64,000 nt of DNA from the human T2T-CHM13v2.0 reference genome, Homo sapiens. The translations under genes were made by a program, and so were the position numbers. Positions 12,350 through 26,700 of this stretch are shown piece after piece (the first letter of the stretch is position 1; each line of letters begins with the position of its first letter). The notes below the pieces were generated by a model. It saw nothing but the letters and a program-made list of their open reading frames with translations, did not search any database and had not been told where the DNA came from. The DNA lies in assembly GCF_009914755.1 (NCBI RefSeq), contig NC_060947.1. One strand, written 5' to 3'.

Positions 12350-13890
12350 GAAGTGGTACTGCTTCACACCCACTAGGATGGTTACAATCACAAATACAGG
12401 CAACAAGTTTTGGGAGTATATAGAGAAACTGGAACCCTCATACACTGCTGGTGGAAATGTAAAATGATGCAGCTGCTTTAGAAAAGAGTCTGGCAGTTCC
12501 TCAAATTGTTAAACATAGAGTTACCCAGTTATGACCCAGCAACTTCACTCCAAAAGAAATGTAATTCCACCAACAAGAAATGAAAACAAAAGTCCACATA
12601 AAGACTTGTATGTGAATGTCTGTAGCAGTGCTATTCACAGTAGCCAAAAATGGAATAAATCGAAATGTCTTCAACTGATTACTAGGTAAACAAAATGATG
12701 TATATCCACATAATGGATTATTATTCAGCCAAAAAGAAATGAAATACTGATATATGCTACAACATGGATAAACCTAGAAAACATTATGGTAAGTGAACGA
12801 AGCCAGACACGAGAGGTAACATTGTATGGTTGCAGTTATATGAAATGTTCAGAATACACAAATTTATGGAGACAAATAAGCGAGTTTAAAAATGGGCAAA
12901 GATTTTAATGGGAGAACATATTTGCAAACTATCCATCCCACAAGGGATTAATAATTAGCATATATAAGGAACTCAAACAACTAAATGGCAAAAAGTATAA
13001 TCAAGTTGAAAGATACTTTTCAAAAGAAGATATACAAATGAGTAATAAGCACATTAAAAATGCTCAATAGTATTGTCATTAGGAAAATACAAATGAAAAC
13101 ATAATGAGATACTTGCTTACTTACCCTAGCATGACAATAATAATAAGGGTTGGTGAGAATGTCGAGAAATTGGATCTCCTATACACTACTAGTATGAATG
13201 TAAAATGGGACAGCCACTTTAAAAAAGTTTTGGCAGTTCCTCAAAAGAAATAGAGTTACCATGTCTATGGTAACTCCACTTGTATGTATATGCCCAAGAG
13301 AATTGAAAACATGTCCACACACACAAAAAAAATGTTCACGGCGTTATTTATAACGGTCACATCAGCAATTCCACTTGTATGTATATACCAAAGAGAATTG
13401 TAAACATGTCCACAAAAATATATTTACAGCATTATTTATAATGGCCAAAAGAATGCAAACAAACAAAATACCCATGTGTTGATGAATAAACAAATTGCGA
13501 TATATTCATATAATACAATATTTTCACCTATAAATAGGAATGAACCACTGATAAATGCTATAACATGGATAAATCTCGAAAACATTCTGCTAAGTGAAAG
13601 AAGCCAGACACAAAAAGGGCACATATTATATGATTCCATTCACATGAAATTTCCAGAATATACAAGTCCAGAGTCAGAAAGTAAATTAGTGGCTCCATGG
13701 AGTTGGGGAAGGAGGAGAATGGAGAGTGACTGCTAATGGGTAAAGGGTTTCTTTTTGGAGTGGTCAAATATTCTCGGATTTCTGATGCTGGTTGTACAAC
13801 TCTGAATATATTAGGAACTACAAAACTTTATAATTTATAAGGGTGAATATTAAGGTATGTAAAATTATACCTTAATTTTTTCAAAAAGAA
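12350..13890 (+). mobile_element. Two adjacent L1MB-type 3' fragments (junction near 12880)
   Basis: ggaaccctcatacactgctggtggaaatgtaaaatg and aacattatggtaagtgaacgaagccagacac motifs, each with a counterpart in the second piece. Confidence 0.85.
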
Positions 13891-14152
13891 TGAGTAGATA
13901 GCAAGAAATGATTCCATAAAGTTTTCAATCAGTTGTCCAAAATCATACAATTAGTGCTTTTCATGCTTAGTAGGTCCTTAATCTATGAGTATAGCAATAC
14001 ATACTTTAAAATGGAGATGAGAATCAATTTAGAAGTTAATATCAGATATATTTCTTCCCCTAAAATATGACAATTAAAATGAATATAAAGCTCCTGATTT
14101 TGAATTATATCTGTTCACCTTTAAAAAATAAAATTTGAGCATTTTTGATCAA

Positions 14153-16920
14153 AACTGCGATGTTTCATTTTCTGTTCCTGTGTTAGTTTGCTGAGAATGA
14201 TGGTTTCCAGCTACATCCATGTCCCTGCAAAGGACATGAACTCATCCTTTTTATGGCTGTGTAGTATTCCATGGTGCATATGTGCCACATTTTCCTTATC
14301 CAGTCTATCATTGATGGGCAATTAGGTTGGTTCCAAGTCTTTGCTATTGTGAACAGTGCTGCCATAAACATATGTGTGCGTGTGTCTTTATAGTAGAATG
14401 ATTTATAATTCTGTGGGTATATACTCAGTAATGAAATTGCTGGATCAAATGGTATTTCTGGTTGTAGATCCTTGAGGAATCGCCACAATGTCTTCCACAA
14501 TGGTTGAACGAGTTTACACTGCCACCAACAGTGTAAAAACATTCCTACTTCTCCACACCCTCTCCAGCATCTGTTGTTTCCTGACGTTTTAATGATCGCC
14601 ATTCTAACTGGTGTGAGATGGTATCTCACTGTGGTTTTGATTTGCATTTCTCTAATGAAGAGGGATGATGAGCTTTCTTTCATATGTTTGTTGGCCACAT
14701 AAATTTCTTCTTTTTGAAGTGTCTGTTCATATCCTTTGCCTACTTTTTGATGGAGTTGTTTGGTTTTTTTCTTCTAAATTTGTTTAAGTTCTTTGTAGAT
14801 TCTGGATATTAGCCCTTTGTCAGATGGATAGATTGCCAAAATTTTCTCCCATTCTGTAGGTTGCCTGTTCACTCTGATGATAGTTTCTTTTGCTTTGCAG
14901 AAGCTTTTTAGTTTAATTAAATCCCATTTGTCAATTTTGGCTTTTGGTGCTTTAGTCATAAAGTGTTTGCCCATGCTTATGTCCTGAGTGGTATTGCCTA
15001 GGTTTTCTTCTAGGGTTTTTATGGTTTTTGGTCTTACATTTAAGTTTTAATCCACCTTGAGTTAATTTTTGCACAAGTTGTAAGGAAGGGGTCCAGTTTC
15101 AATTTTCTGCATCTGTCTAGCCAGTTTTCACAACACAATTTATTAAATAGGGAATCCTTTCCCCATTGCTTGTTTTTGTCAGGTTTGTCAAAGATCAGAT
15201 GGATGTACATGTGTGGTGTCATTTCTGAGGCCTCTGTTCTATTCCATTGGTCTATATATCTGTTTTGGTACAAGTACCATGCTGTTTTGGTTAATGTAAC
15301 CTTGTAGTATAGTTTGAAGTCAGGTAGCGTGATGCCTCCAGCTTTGTACTTTTGGCTTTGAAATGTCTTGGATATACAGACCCTTTTCTGGTTCCATGTG
15401 AAATTTAAAGTAGTTTTTTTTCTAATTCTGTGAAGAAAGTCAATGGGAGCTCGATGGGGATAGCACTCAATGTATAAATTACTTTGGGCAGTATGGCCAT
15501 TTTCACGATATTGATTCTTCCTATGCATGAGTATAGAATGTTTTTGCATTTGTTTGTGTCCTCTCTGATTTCCTCAAGCAATGGTTTGTAGTTCTCCTTG
15601 AAGAGGTCCTTTGTACCACTTGTAAGTTGTATTCCTAGGTATTTTATTCTCTTTTTAGCAATTGTGAATGGGAGTTCACTGATGATTTGGCTCTCTGTTT
15701 GTCTATTATTAGTGTATAGGAATGCTTGTGATTTTTGCACATTGATTTTGTATCCTGAGACTTTGCTGAAGTTGCTTATCAGCTTAAGGAGATTTTGTGC
15801 TGAGATGATGGGGTTTTCTAAGTAGACAATCATGTCATCTGCAAACAGAGACAATTTGACTTCCTCTCTTCCTATTTGAATACCCTTTCTTTCTCTTTCC
15901 TGATTGCCCTGGCCATAACTTCCTATACTTTGTTGAATAGTAGTGGGAGAGAGGGCATCCTTGTCTTGTGGCGGTTTTTAAATGGAATACTTCCAGCATT
16001 GCCCATTCAGTATGATATTGGCTGTGGATTTGTTATAAATAGCTCTTATTATTTTGAGATGCATTCCATCAATACCTAGTTTATTGAGAGTGTTTAGCAT
16101 GAAGGTGTGTTGAATTTTATAGAAGGCCTTTTCAGCATCTATGGAGGTAATCATGTGTTTTTGTCATTGGTTCTATTTATGTGATAGATTACATTTATTG
16201 ATTTGTGTATGTTGAACCAGCCTTGCATCCCAGGGATGACACCGACTTGATCATGGTGGATAGGCTTTTTCATGTGCTGCTGGGTTAGGTTTGTCACCAT
16301 TTTATTGAGGGTTTTCACATCCATGGCCATCAGGGATATTGGTCTAAAATTTTCTTTTTTTGTTGTGTCTCTGCCAGGTTTTGGTATCAGGATGATGCTG
16401 CCTCAAAACATAAGTTAGGGAGGAGTCCCTCTTTTTCTGTTTTTTGGAATAGTTTCAGAAGGAATGGTACCAGCTCCTCTTTGAACCACTGGTAGAATTC
16501 GGCTGTGAATCCCTCTGGCCCTGGGCTTTTTTGGTTGGTAGGCTATTAATTACTTCCTCAATTTCAGAACTTGTTATTGGTCTATTAAGGGATTTGACTT
16601 CTTCCTGGTTTAGTCTTTGGAGGGTGTTTGTGTCCAAGAATTTATTCATTTCTGCTAGATTTTCTGGTTTATTTGCATAGAGGTATTTATAGTATTCTCT
16701 GATAGTAGTTTGTATTTCCGTGGGATCAGTGGTGACATCCCCTTTATCTTTTTTTATTGTGTCTATTTGATTCTGCTCTCTTTTCTTCTCTATTAGTCTG
16801 GCTAGCAGTCTATTTTGTTTATCTTTTCAAAAAAACAGCTCCTGGATTCATTGATTTTGTGAAGGGTTTTTCATGTCTCTACCTCCTTCAGTTCTCCTCG
16901 GATCTTAGAATTTCTTGTCT
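14153..16920 (-). mobile_element. L1PA7/8-like ORF2 segment with no distal 3'UTR or poly(A); inferred chimera at the left inversion breakpoint
   Basis: Minus-strand ORF2 peptides including [14 protein letters not shown] (RT motif) and [13 protein letters not shown]; many stops and frameshifts. Confidence 0.95.
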
Positions 16921-17864
16921 TCCCTTCCTTACACCTTATACAAAAAAATAACTCAAGATGGATTAAAGACTTACACGTAAGACCTGAAACCATAAATACC
17001 CTAGAAGAAATCCTAGGCAATAACATTCAGGACATAGGCATAGGCAAAGACTTCATCACTAAAACACCAAAAGCAATGGCAACAAAAGCCAAAACTGACA
17101 AATGGTATCTAATTAAACTAAAGAGCTTCTGCAAAGCAAAATAAACTGTCATCAGAGTCAACAGACAACCCACAGTATGGGAGAAAATTTTTGCAAACTA
17201 TTCATCTGATAAAGGGCTAATGTCCAGAATCTACAAGGAGCTTAAACATATTTATGAGAAAAAATAAACTCATCAAAAAGTGGGTGAAGGATATGAACAG
17301 ACACTTCTCAAAATAAGACATTCATGTGGCCAAGAAACATATGAAAAAAAGCTCATCATCACTGGTCATTAGAGAAATGGAAATCAAAACCACAGTGGGA
17401 TACCATCTCACACCAGTTAGAATGGCGATCATTAAAATGCCAGGAAACAGCAGATGCTGGAAAGGATGTGGAGAAATAGGAACACTTTTACACTGTTGGT
17501 GGGAGTGTAAATTAGTTCAATCATTGTGGAAGATAGTGTGGCGATTCCTCAAAGATCTAGAACCAGAAATACTTTTTGACCCAGCAATTTCATTACTGGG
17601 TATATACCCAAGGATTATAAATCATTCTACTATAAAGACACATGCACACATATGTTTATGGCAGCTCTGTTCACAATAGCAAAGATTGGAACCAACCCAA
17701 ATGCCCATCCATGATAGACTGGATAAAGAAAATGTGGTACATACACACCATGGAATACTATGCAGCCATAAAAAATGAGTTTCATGGCACCTGTATACCT
17801 ATGTAACAAACCTGCACATTCTGCACATGTATCCCAAAACTCAAAGTATAATAATAATAAAAAA
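16921..17864 (+). mobile_element. L1PA7/8-like 3' end, the non-inverted part of a twin-primed element, with a 3'UTR deletion
   Basis: Starts tcccttccttacacc with TC microhomology to the adjacent antisense part; tail followed by AAAGAATGATGGTT. Confidence 0.93.
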
Positions 17865-19129
17865 GAATGATGGTTACCCTAAGCTCTAGGTTTTGATGCC
17901 TTGTAACTTTGGTGGAGACTGTTTTATTTTTAGTTAAATTTGGAATTGAAATTATTATATTGCATACTCAGCAGATAAAGCTTCTTTGTGTTGTCCAAGT
18001 ATTTAATGTGTACAGAAAAGTAAATTTTAAATATCCACTTTTATTTTGGACATTATATTTCAGACAAACAGAACAAATGTCATTAAACACAGTCCATTGG
18101 GAGATCACACTGGCAATTCTGCTTTGTTACTGCTGCTTCTGTCTGACTTGCTTGCAGAGCAGGATCTGTTGACAGCCTTCACCTCTAGGTTCAGGCTTAA
18201 CATAGCACTTGAAGAATTGATCAAGGCATGAAAAAATATAAAAGATTCTGCAGGGGGATGAATGCGAAAAAATTCAGTTTTGAGCAGAACTTGGAATGGT
18301 CATGTCTCATGAGCTGATATTTAGTGGTTTAATAATCATTGTTCTGCTTTGGTGTTTCTTTCACTTCCTGAATCTCTATCATTGCCAGTAAGATCCAGCT
18401 CTGAAAGTAACTGTTTATAAAACCCTGGGCTAGTAACTTATTTTTTAATTTGCATGTACTAATAATATTTTATATAACAGCTTTATTGAGATACGATTCA
18501 TATACCATACAATCAACCTATTTAAATTACAATTAAATGGTTTTTAATGTACCTGCCTAATTGTAACCTCAATGCCCTCTGTCCATGCGGTTAATAAAAC
18601 TTGAGCCCCCTATGTCACTGGTTTCTTGTGAGAATAGAATGAAATGATGCAGGTTCAGGAACACTGGAAGCATAAAATGGCTCTGGAAATACGAGTTGGT
18701 ATTGTCATCATTAATGAGGCTGCTAGGTGCAACTAGAGCCTTGAAGAGGAAGGTGAATAGATTGAAGGGGGCCTGGTAGTAATAATAATCCCTTACATTT
18801 GTATAGTGATTTATAGTTTCAAAGTGCTTTTATCTGAGCTCTCATTTGAGATATCGTTGGTGATGATCTTGGAGGGCTACATAGCCAATCTAATTCACCA
18901 GGGTAAAAGGAGAAGGCCTATTTACTTTCAAGCACAAAGAGATTCCTCTGTAAAAAGGAAAAAAAAATATTTGGCCAATAGTGGTATTTTAAGGCCCCAA
19001 ACTTATCTGACATGAGATACTTTTAAAAATAGACTCACCTCATATGCACAATTATGTATCAAATAAAAAACTGCAACTATAGTTGTGAATTACTTTATTT
19101 CTTTTTTTCCAAGGGTTTGAAACAGAGTT

Positions 19130-20960
19130 TTTTGGTTTTTGTTTTTGTTTTTTATTTCAAACTCTTATTTTAGATTCACAAGTGCATATGTAGATTTGTT
19201 ACGTGGGTAAATTGTGTGTTTCTAAGGTTTGGTACATAAATGATTTTGTCACCCAGGTAGTGAGCATAATAACAGTAGTAATGTTTTTATCCTTACCCGT
19301 CTCCCACCTTCCACCCCAAATAAGAACCAGTGTCTATAGTTTCCCTCTTTGTGTCCCTGTATACTCAATGTTTAGCTCCCACTTATAAATGAGAACATAC
19401 AGTATTTGATTTTCTGTTCCTGCAGTAATTTGCTTAGGATAATGGCTGCATCCACATTGGTGCAAAGGACATTATTTAATCAGTTTTTCATGACTGTGTA
19501 GTATCCCCTGGTGTATATGTACCACATTTTCTTTATCCAGTCCACCCTTGAGCATCTAGATTGATTCTACATCTTTGCTATTGTGAAAAGTGCTCTAATT
19601 AACATACATGTGCATATATCTTAATGATAGAATGATTTATATTCCTTTGGGTATATAGCATTCCCTTTTCTCTGCAACCATGCCAACATCTATTATTTTT
19701 TGAGTTTTTAATAATAGCCATTCTGACTGCTGTGTGATGGTATCTCATTGTGGTTTGGATTTGCATTTCTTTAATGATTAGTGATGTTAAGCAGTTTTTT
19801 ATGTTTGTTGGCCACATGTATGTCTTCTTTTGAGAAATGTCTGTTCATGTCCCTTGCCCATTTTTTTTAGATGGCGCTGTTTGTTTTTTGCTTGTTGATT
19901 TGTTTAAATGGCTTATAGATTTGGAATATTAGACCTTTGTCAGATGTATAGTTTGCAAATATTTTCTCCCATTCTGTTGGCTGTCTGTTTAATCTATTGA
20001 TAGTCCTTTTACTGTGCAGAAGCTCTTTAGCTTAGTTCGGTCCCTCTTGTCAACTTTTATTTTTGTTGCAATTGCTTTTGGAGACTTTGTCACGAAATCT
20101 TTGCCAAGGCCTATGTCCAGAATGACATTTCATAGGCCTTTTAAGATAGTTTTAGATTTTATATTTAAGTCTTTAATCCATCTTGAGTTAATTTCTGTAT
20201 GTGGTGAAAGGAAGAGGTCCAGCTTCAATCTTCTGCATATAGCTGGCCAGTTATCTCAGCACAATTTGTTTAATAGGGAGACCTTTCCCTGTTGCTTGTT
20301 ATTGTCAACTTTGTTGAAGATCAGGTAGTTGTAGGTGTGTGACTTTATTTCTGTGTTCTATAACCTATTCCATTAGTCTATTTGTCTGTTTTCATACCAG
20401 TACCATTGTTTTAGTTACTATAGCATTGCAATATAATTTGAAGTCGAGTAGTGTAATGCTTCCAGCTCTGTTCTTTTTGTTTAGGATTATATTGTCTATT
20501 TGGCCTATATTTTGTTTGTTTCCATATGAATCTTAGAATAGTTTTTCTTTCTAATTCTGTGAAAAATGATGTTGGTAGTTTTATAGAAATAGAATTGAAT
20601 CTGTACATTGCTTTGTGCAGTGTGGCCATTGCAATGAATTGATTCTTCCAATCCATGAGCATGGAATATTTTTCCATTTGTTTATGTCATCTTTGATTTC
20701 TTCCAGCACTTTTAAGTCATTCTCTTTGTGGAGTATTTTAACCTCCTGGGTAGCTGTATTCCTAGGTATTTACTCCTTTTGTGGCTATTATGAATAGGGT
20801 TGTGTTCTTAATTTTGCCCTCAGCTTGGGTGTTCTTGGTATATAGAAATGCTACTGGTTTTTATACATTGATTTTGTATCCTGAAACTTTACTGAAGTTG
20901 CTTATCAGTTCTAGGAGCCTTTGAGTAGAGACTCCTGGGTTTTTGTGGTATAGAATATTA
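19130..20960 (-). mobile_element. L1PA15-16/L1PB-like 3' portion
   Basis: T-rich tail then antisense 3'UTR and ORF2 end; internal deletion near 19655. Confidence 0.88.
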
Positions 20961-21180
20961 TTTGAAGCTATAAGTATTCATATATTTAGTGTTGTTATAT
21001 TTTCCTTTTGAGTTGATTTTTTATCATGATGAAGTTTCTTCATCTTTAGTAATCATGGTTGCCTTAATGTCTTATGTACCCACTATTAATATAGCTACAC
21101 CAATTTTCTTTTGGATATTTTTTGTGTAGTATACCTTTTTCCCATTCTTTTACTTTAAATATACCTGTATATTTATCTAG

Positions 21181-21580
21181 ACAATACTGCATGACCTCAC
21201 TTATATCTGGAGTCTAAAACAACTGAACCTATAGAAACAGAGAAGAAGGTGGTTACAAAGGATCAGGCAGTATGGGAAATGGGGAGATGTTGGCCAAAGG
21301 GTACAAACTTACATATGATTAATAAGTTCTGAAGCCCTATTGTATAGCATGGTGACTATATTTAGTCATAATATATTATATACTGGTGATTTGCTAAAAG
21401 AGTAGATCATAAGTATTCTCACCAAAATAGGTAACTGTGAGGTAATGGATATGTTAATTAGCTTGGTTATGGTAATTACATCACGATGTATATGTATATC
21501 AAAATATCATGTTCTTCATCATGACTATACACAATTTTTGTCTACTATACCTCAATACAGCTGAAAAATAAAATAATAAA
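21181..21580 (+). mobile_element. L1MA-type 3' end
   Basis: aatactgcatgacctcacttatatctgg...agagtagatcataagtattctcacc...aataaa. Confidence 0.8.
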
Positions 21581-22342
21581 TATGTTTATTTATATGTAAA
21601 CTATATGGACACCCCTCTAACTAATTCTTGTTATAGCCTCTATTCTGGGGAACCTTACAAAGTTGTTTGTAAATGCCAGTATTAAAAGGATCATCTGAAG
21701 GGCTTACAATCACAATAACAGGCTGCTAGATAATGGTGCACAGCAGATTTTTTTTATGTTAGTCAAAATACTCTTTGAATGGATGTCAAAGATAGAAACA
21801 ATGATTATAAACTATTGTATTGAACACTTCAGCCATTAAGGCATATTCTAGTTTGGCCTAGAAATATCAATGATTATTTGTGTCTAACAGTTAAAAAATG
21901 TCCAATAAAGGAAAATTAAATCTAGCAGTGTGTCTATGTCAGGAACTTCTTTCTGCCACTGGGCTTAAAGCTGGTCTGCTTACTTTGTTAACTTCCTGCA
22001 CTTTGTAGGCAATCTTTGCTTTATAAAATTATATCAATATATTATTTGTAATTTACTCTGTACATTTATTATACAACACATGCATTTATGCTTATGGAAA
22101 CTAATAATTAGCCTACAGTTTATTTCATGACGTGGGTTCAGTTATAGCTTTCTAATGTCTTGAGTTTAGGCCCTATGAAGATATTTAAAAGGACAGGTAC
22201 CTGTACTGGGTGGACCTAACCTATATTGATAGGTGCTCTTCTGTTGCCCAAATGAAGCAGATCTTGTACTAAATGCCATCTCTTAGAGCATAAGGTGAAC
22301 AAAGCCAATTCTTGTATGAGTGGCCATCTCTTGCAAACAGTA

Positions 22343-22759
22343 CAGATGCTCCTCAACTTATGATAGGGTAACGTCCTGACAAACCCATTGTAAATTCAAA
22401 ATATTGTAAGTTGGAAATACATACAGTACATCTAACCTACTGAACATCATAGCTTAGCCCAGCATAACTTGAACATGCTCAGAACACTTACACTAGCCTA
22501 TAGTTGGGTAAAATCCTCTGACCACACAGTATACTACGAGTATTAGTTGTTTACCCTCGAGATCACATGGCAGACTGGGAGCTGTGGCTGGTTGCCCCTG
22601 ACCAGCCTCACTGAACAGTATCATACTGCATATCACTAGCCTGGGAAAAGATCAAAATTCAAAATTCAGACGACGGTTTTTACTAAAGACATATCAATTT
22701 TGCACCATTGTAAAGTCAAAAAATCATAAGTGAAACCATTGTAAGTCAGGGTCCATCTA
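22343..22759 (+). mobile_element. MER47/Tigger5-type TcMar MITE
   Basis: TIRs cagatgctcctcaacttatg / gtaagtcagggtccatcta, flanked by TA. Confidence 0.85.
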
Positions 22760-23770
22760 TATTTACTTCCTGTAAATCCCACTGTTACATATATCCTGCC
22801 ACCAAAGGAAAATAATGACAGTCAATGAAAAAGTAGGCTTTTCTTTTCAATTGGGACATTCTTTCAACTTTAAAAGGCTATCGTTACATATAATTTATAT
22901 ACATAGCTTTATACACAAGCAAAGTGAGCTGTTTACTGCTATGATTAATGAAACATTAGAAAGAAAGACCTCTTCATCCTCATAATGTGCCACCCTCACC
23001 TCACAGAGACCCGAAATTCCTTTAGCTGGAATAGTGTTACTAACTGAACTCTTATCTAGGAGAATCACAGGAAGGGGAGCAATAATTTTAATGTATTTCA
23101 CATATCTCTGTAAGAATGGGAAGATACTCACAAATGCGGCTGGGGACTACTGGCCCTATGGAAGTCTTTGCCCCTGGTGCAATGCTTGAAATCTCTGGAT
23201 GCTGGTTGTGGAGATTTTCTTCCTGAGGGTTGGTGGAAGGTGGAAGATAAAAAGATATATTGGGTCTCTAAGTCACTATTTCCTACAGTATTTCCAAATC
23301 TAGATCGTTAGTCTCTTGATATGCCTCCAAAGTTCTATTTTGGGGATAGTATTTCTAGACTATAAAACAAGTATGTTCTACCTTCAGTTATATTATTCAC
23401 AGGGTTTCTACTTTCTATTAAAAAATTCTTAAGGGAAGGGGGTCTTTAGTACAAAGGGCTGATGAAATTTACCATGTTTTCTCCTAACTGCAAACTATAC
23501 TTGCCTTCATCTCACATGAGCCTCCTGCTTCCTACTTTAATAGCTCCAGATGCAAGTATCCTAGCTGGGTTTCTTGTACCAATCCTTATGGCAAGGCACC
23601 AATAATTTTTATAAAAATGGTCTAAGAGTCATGTCTACATGTTATCAAGGAAATCTGTTATTTCTAAAATGCAGTAATTGCTGAATTAATGTTTTCCAAA
23701 GTATTTTCTGTGGATATTAAGTACTGCAAGATGTTTGGAAGCATCTGAAATAGAATTTCTTGATCATATA

Positions 23771-26700
23771 TACTCTTGAGGATATTATCCATGAGAACTT
23801 CCACAACCTAGCAAGACAGGCCAACATGCAAATTCAGGAAATACAGAGAACTCCGCAAATTTATTCCTCAAGAAGAGCAACACCAAGACAGATAATCATC
23901 AGATTCACCAAGATTGAAACAAAGGAAAAAAAGTTAAGGGCAGCCAGAGAGAAAGGTTGGGTTACCCACAAAGGAAAGCCCATAAGACTAACAGCAGATC
24001 TCTCTGCAGAAACCCTACAAGCCAGAAGAGAGTGGGGGCCAATACTCAACATTCTTAAAGAAAAGAATTTTCAACCCAGAATTTCACATCCACACAAACT
24101 AAGCTTCATAAGCTAAAAAGAAATAAAATCCTTTACAGACAAGCAAATGCTGAGAGATTTTTTTCACCACCAGGCCTGCCTTACAAGAGGTCCTGAAGGA
24201 AGCACTAAATATGGAAAGGAAAATGTGGCACTACCCACTGCAAAATCATACCAAATTGTAAAGACCATAGACACTATGAAGAAACTGCATCAACTAATGG
24301 GCAAAATTACCAGCTAGCAACATAATGACAGGAATAAATTCACAAATAACAATATTAACTTTAAATGTAAATGGGCTAAGTGCCCCAATTAAGAGACACA
24401 GACTGGCAAATTGGAAAAAGAGTCAAGAACCATCGATGTGCTGTATTCAGGAGACCCACCTCACGTGCAAAGACACACATAGGCTCAAAATAAAGGGATG
24501 GAGGAAGATTTACCAAGCAAATGGAGAGAAAAAAAAAGCAGAGGTTGCAATCCTACTCTCTGATAACACAGACTTTAAACCAACATAGAAAAAAAAAAGA
24601 CAAAGAAGGGCATTACATAATGGTAAAGGGATCAAGGCAACAAGAAGAGCTAACTATCCTAAATATATATACACCCAATACAGGAGCACCCAGATTCATA
24701 AAGCGAGTTCTTAGAGACCTACAAAGAGATTTAGACTCCCACACAATAATAGTGGGAGACTTTAACACCCCACTGTCAATATTAGACAGATCAACGAGAC
24801 AGAAAATTAAGAAGGATATTCAGGACTTGAACTCAGCTCTGGACCAAGCAGACCTAATAGACACCTACAGAACTCTCTACCCCAAATCAACAGAGTATAC
24901 ATTCTTCTCAGCACCACATGGGACATATTCTAAAATTGACCATATAATTGGAAGTAAAACAGTCCTCAGCAAGTGCAAAAGAACAGAAATCATAACCAAT
25001 AGTTTCTCAGATCACAGTGCAATCAAATTGGAACTCAGGATGAAGAAACTAACTCAAAACCACACAACTACATGCTAACTGAACAACCTGCTCCTGCATG
25101 ACCTACTTGGTAAATAACAAAATTAAATCAGAAATAAATAAGTTTTTGTAACCAATGAGAACAAACACACAATATACCAGAATGTCCAAGACAGCTAAAC
25201 CAGACTTTAGAGGGAAATTGACAGCACTAAATCCCCACTGGAAAAAGCAAGAAAGATCTAAAATTGACACCCTAACATCACAATTAAAAGAACTAGAAAA
25301 GCAAGAGCAAACCAATTCAAAAGCTAGCAGAAGACAAGAAATAACTAAGATCAGAGCAGAACTGAAGGAGATAGAGACACAAAAATCCCTTCAAAAAATC
25401 AGTGAGTCCAGGAGCTGGATTTTGAAAAGATTAACAAAATAGATAGGCTGCTAGCCAGAGTAATAAAGAAGAAAAGAGAAGAATCAAATAGACATAATAA
25501 AAATGATAACAGGGATATCGCCACTGATCCCACAGAAATACAAACTACCATTAGATAATACTATAAACACCTCTACACATATAAACTAGAAAATCTAGAA
25601 GAAATGGGTAAATTCCCACATATGAACACCCTCCAAATACTAAACCAGCAAGAACTCAAAACCCTGAATAGACCAATAACAAGTTCTGAAATTGAGGGAG
25701 TAATTAATAGCCTACCCACCAAAAAAAAAAAAAAAAAAAAAAAAGCCCAGGACCAGACAGATTCACGGCCAAATTCTACCAGAGGCACAAAGAGGAGCTG
25801 ATTTTATTCCTTCTGAAACTATTCCAAGCAATAGAAAAGAAGGGATTCCACCCTAACTCATTTTATGAGGCCAGCGTCATCCTGATACCAAAACCTGGCA
25901 GAGACACAACAACAACAAAATTTCAGGCCAATATTTCTGATGAACATCAATGCAAAAATCAAAAGTAAAATACTGGCAAATCGAATCCAGCAGCACATCA
26001 TAAAGCTTATCCACCACGATCAAGTCGGCATCATCCCTGGGATGCAAGGCTGGTTCAACATATGCAAATCAATAAATGTAATCTATCACATAAACAGAAC
26101 TAATGACAAAAACCACATGATTATCTCAATAGATGCAGAAAAGGAGTTTTATAAAATTCAACACCCTTTCATGCTACAAACTCTCAATAAACTAGGTATT
26201 GATGGAATGTACCTCAAAATAATAAGAGCCATTTATGACAATCCCACAGCCAATATCATACTGAATGGGCAAAAACTGGAAGCATTCCCTTTGAAAACTG
26301 CCACAAGACAAGAATGCCCTCTCTCACCACTCCTATTCAACAAAGTATAGGAAGTTCTGGCCAGGGCAATCAGGCAAGAGAAAGAAATAAAGTGTAATCA
26401 AATAGGAAGAGTGGAAGTCAAATTGTCTCTGTTTACAGATGACATGATTGCCTATTTAGAAAACCCCATTGTCTCAGCCCAAAATCTCCTAAAGCTGATA
26501 AGCAGCTTCAGCAGGGTCTCAGGATATAAAATCGATGTGCAAAAATCACAAGCATTCCTATACACCAATAATAGACAAACAGAGAGCCGAATCATGAGTA
26601 AATTCCCATTCACAATTGCTACAAAGAGAATAAAATACCTAGGAAAACAACTTACAAGTGGTACAAAGGACCTCTTCAAGGAGAAATACAAACCACTGCT

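Noticed and set aside
14153-17864. Simple twin-primed L1
   Set aside because: The antisense and sense parts overlap by about 0.9 kb of L1 sequence and the matching TSD is not at 14153 but inverted at 27172-27185; recombination explains this better
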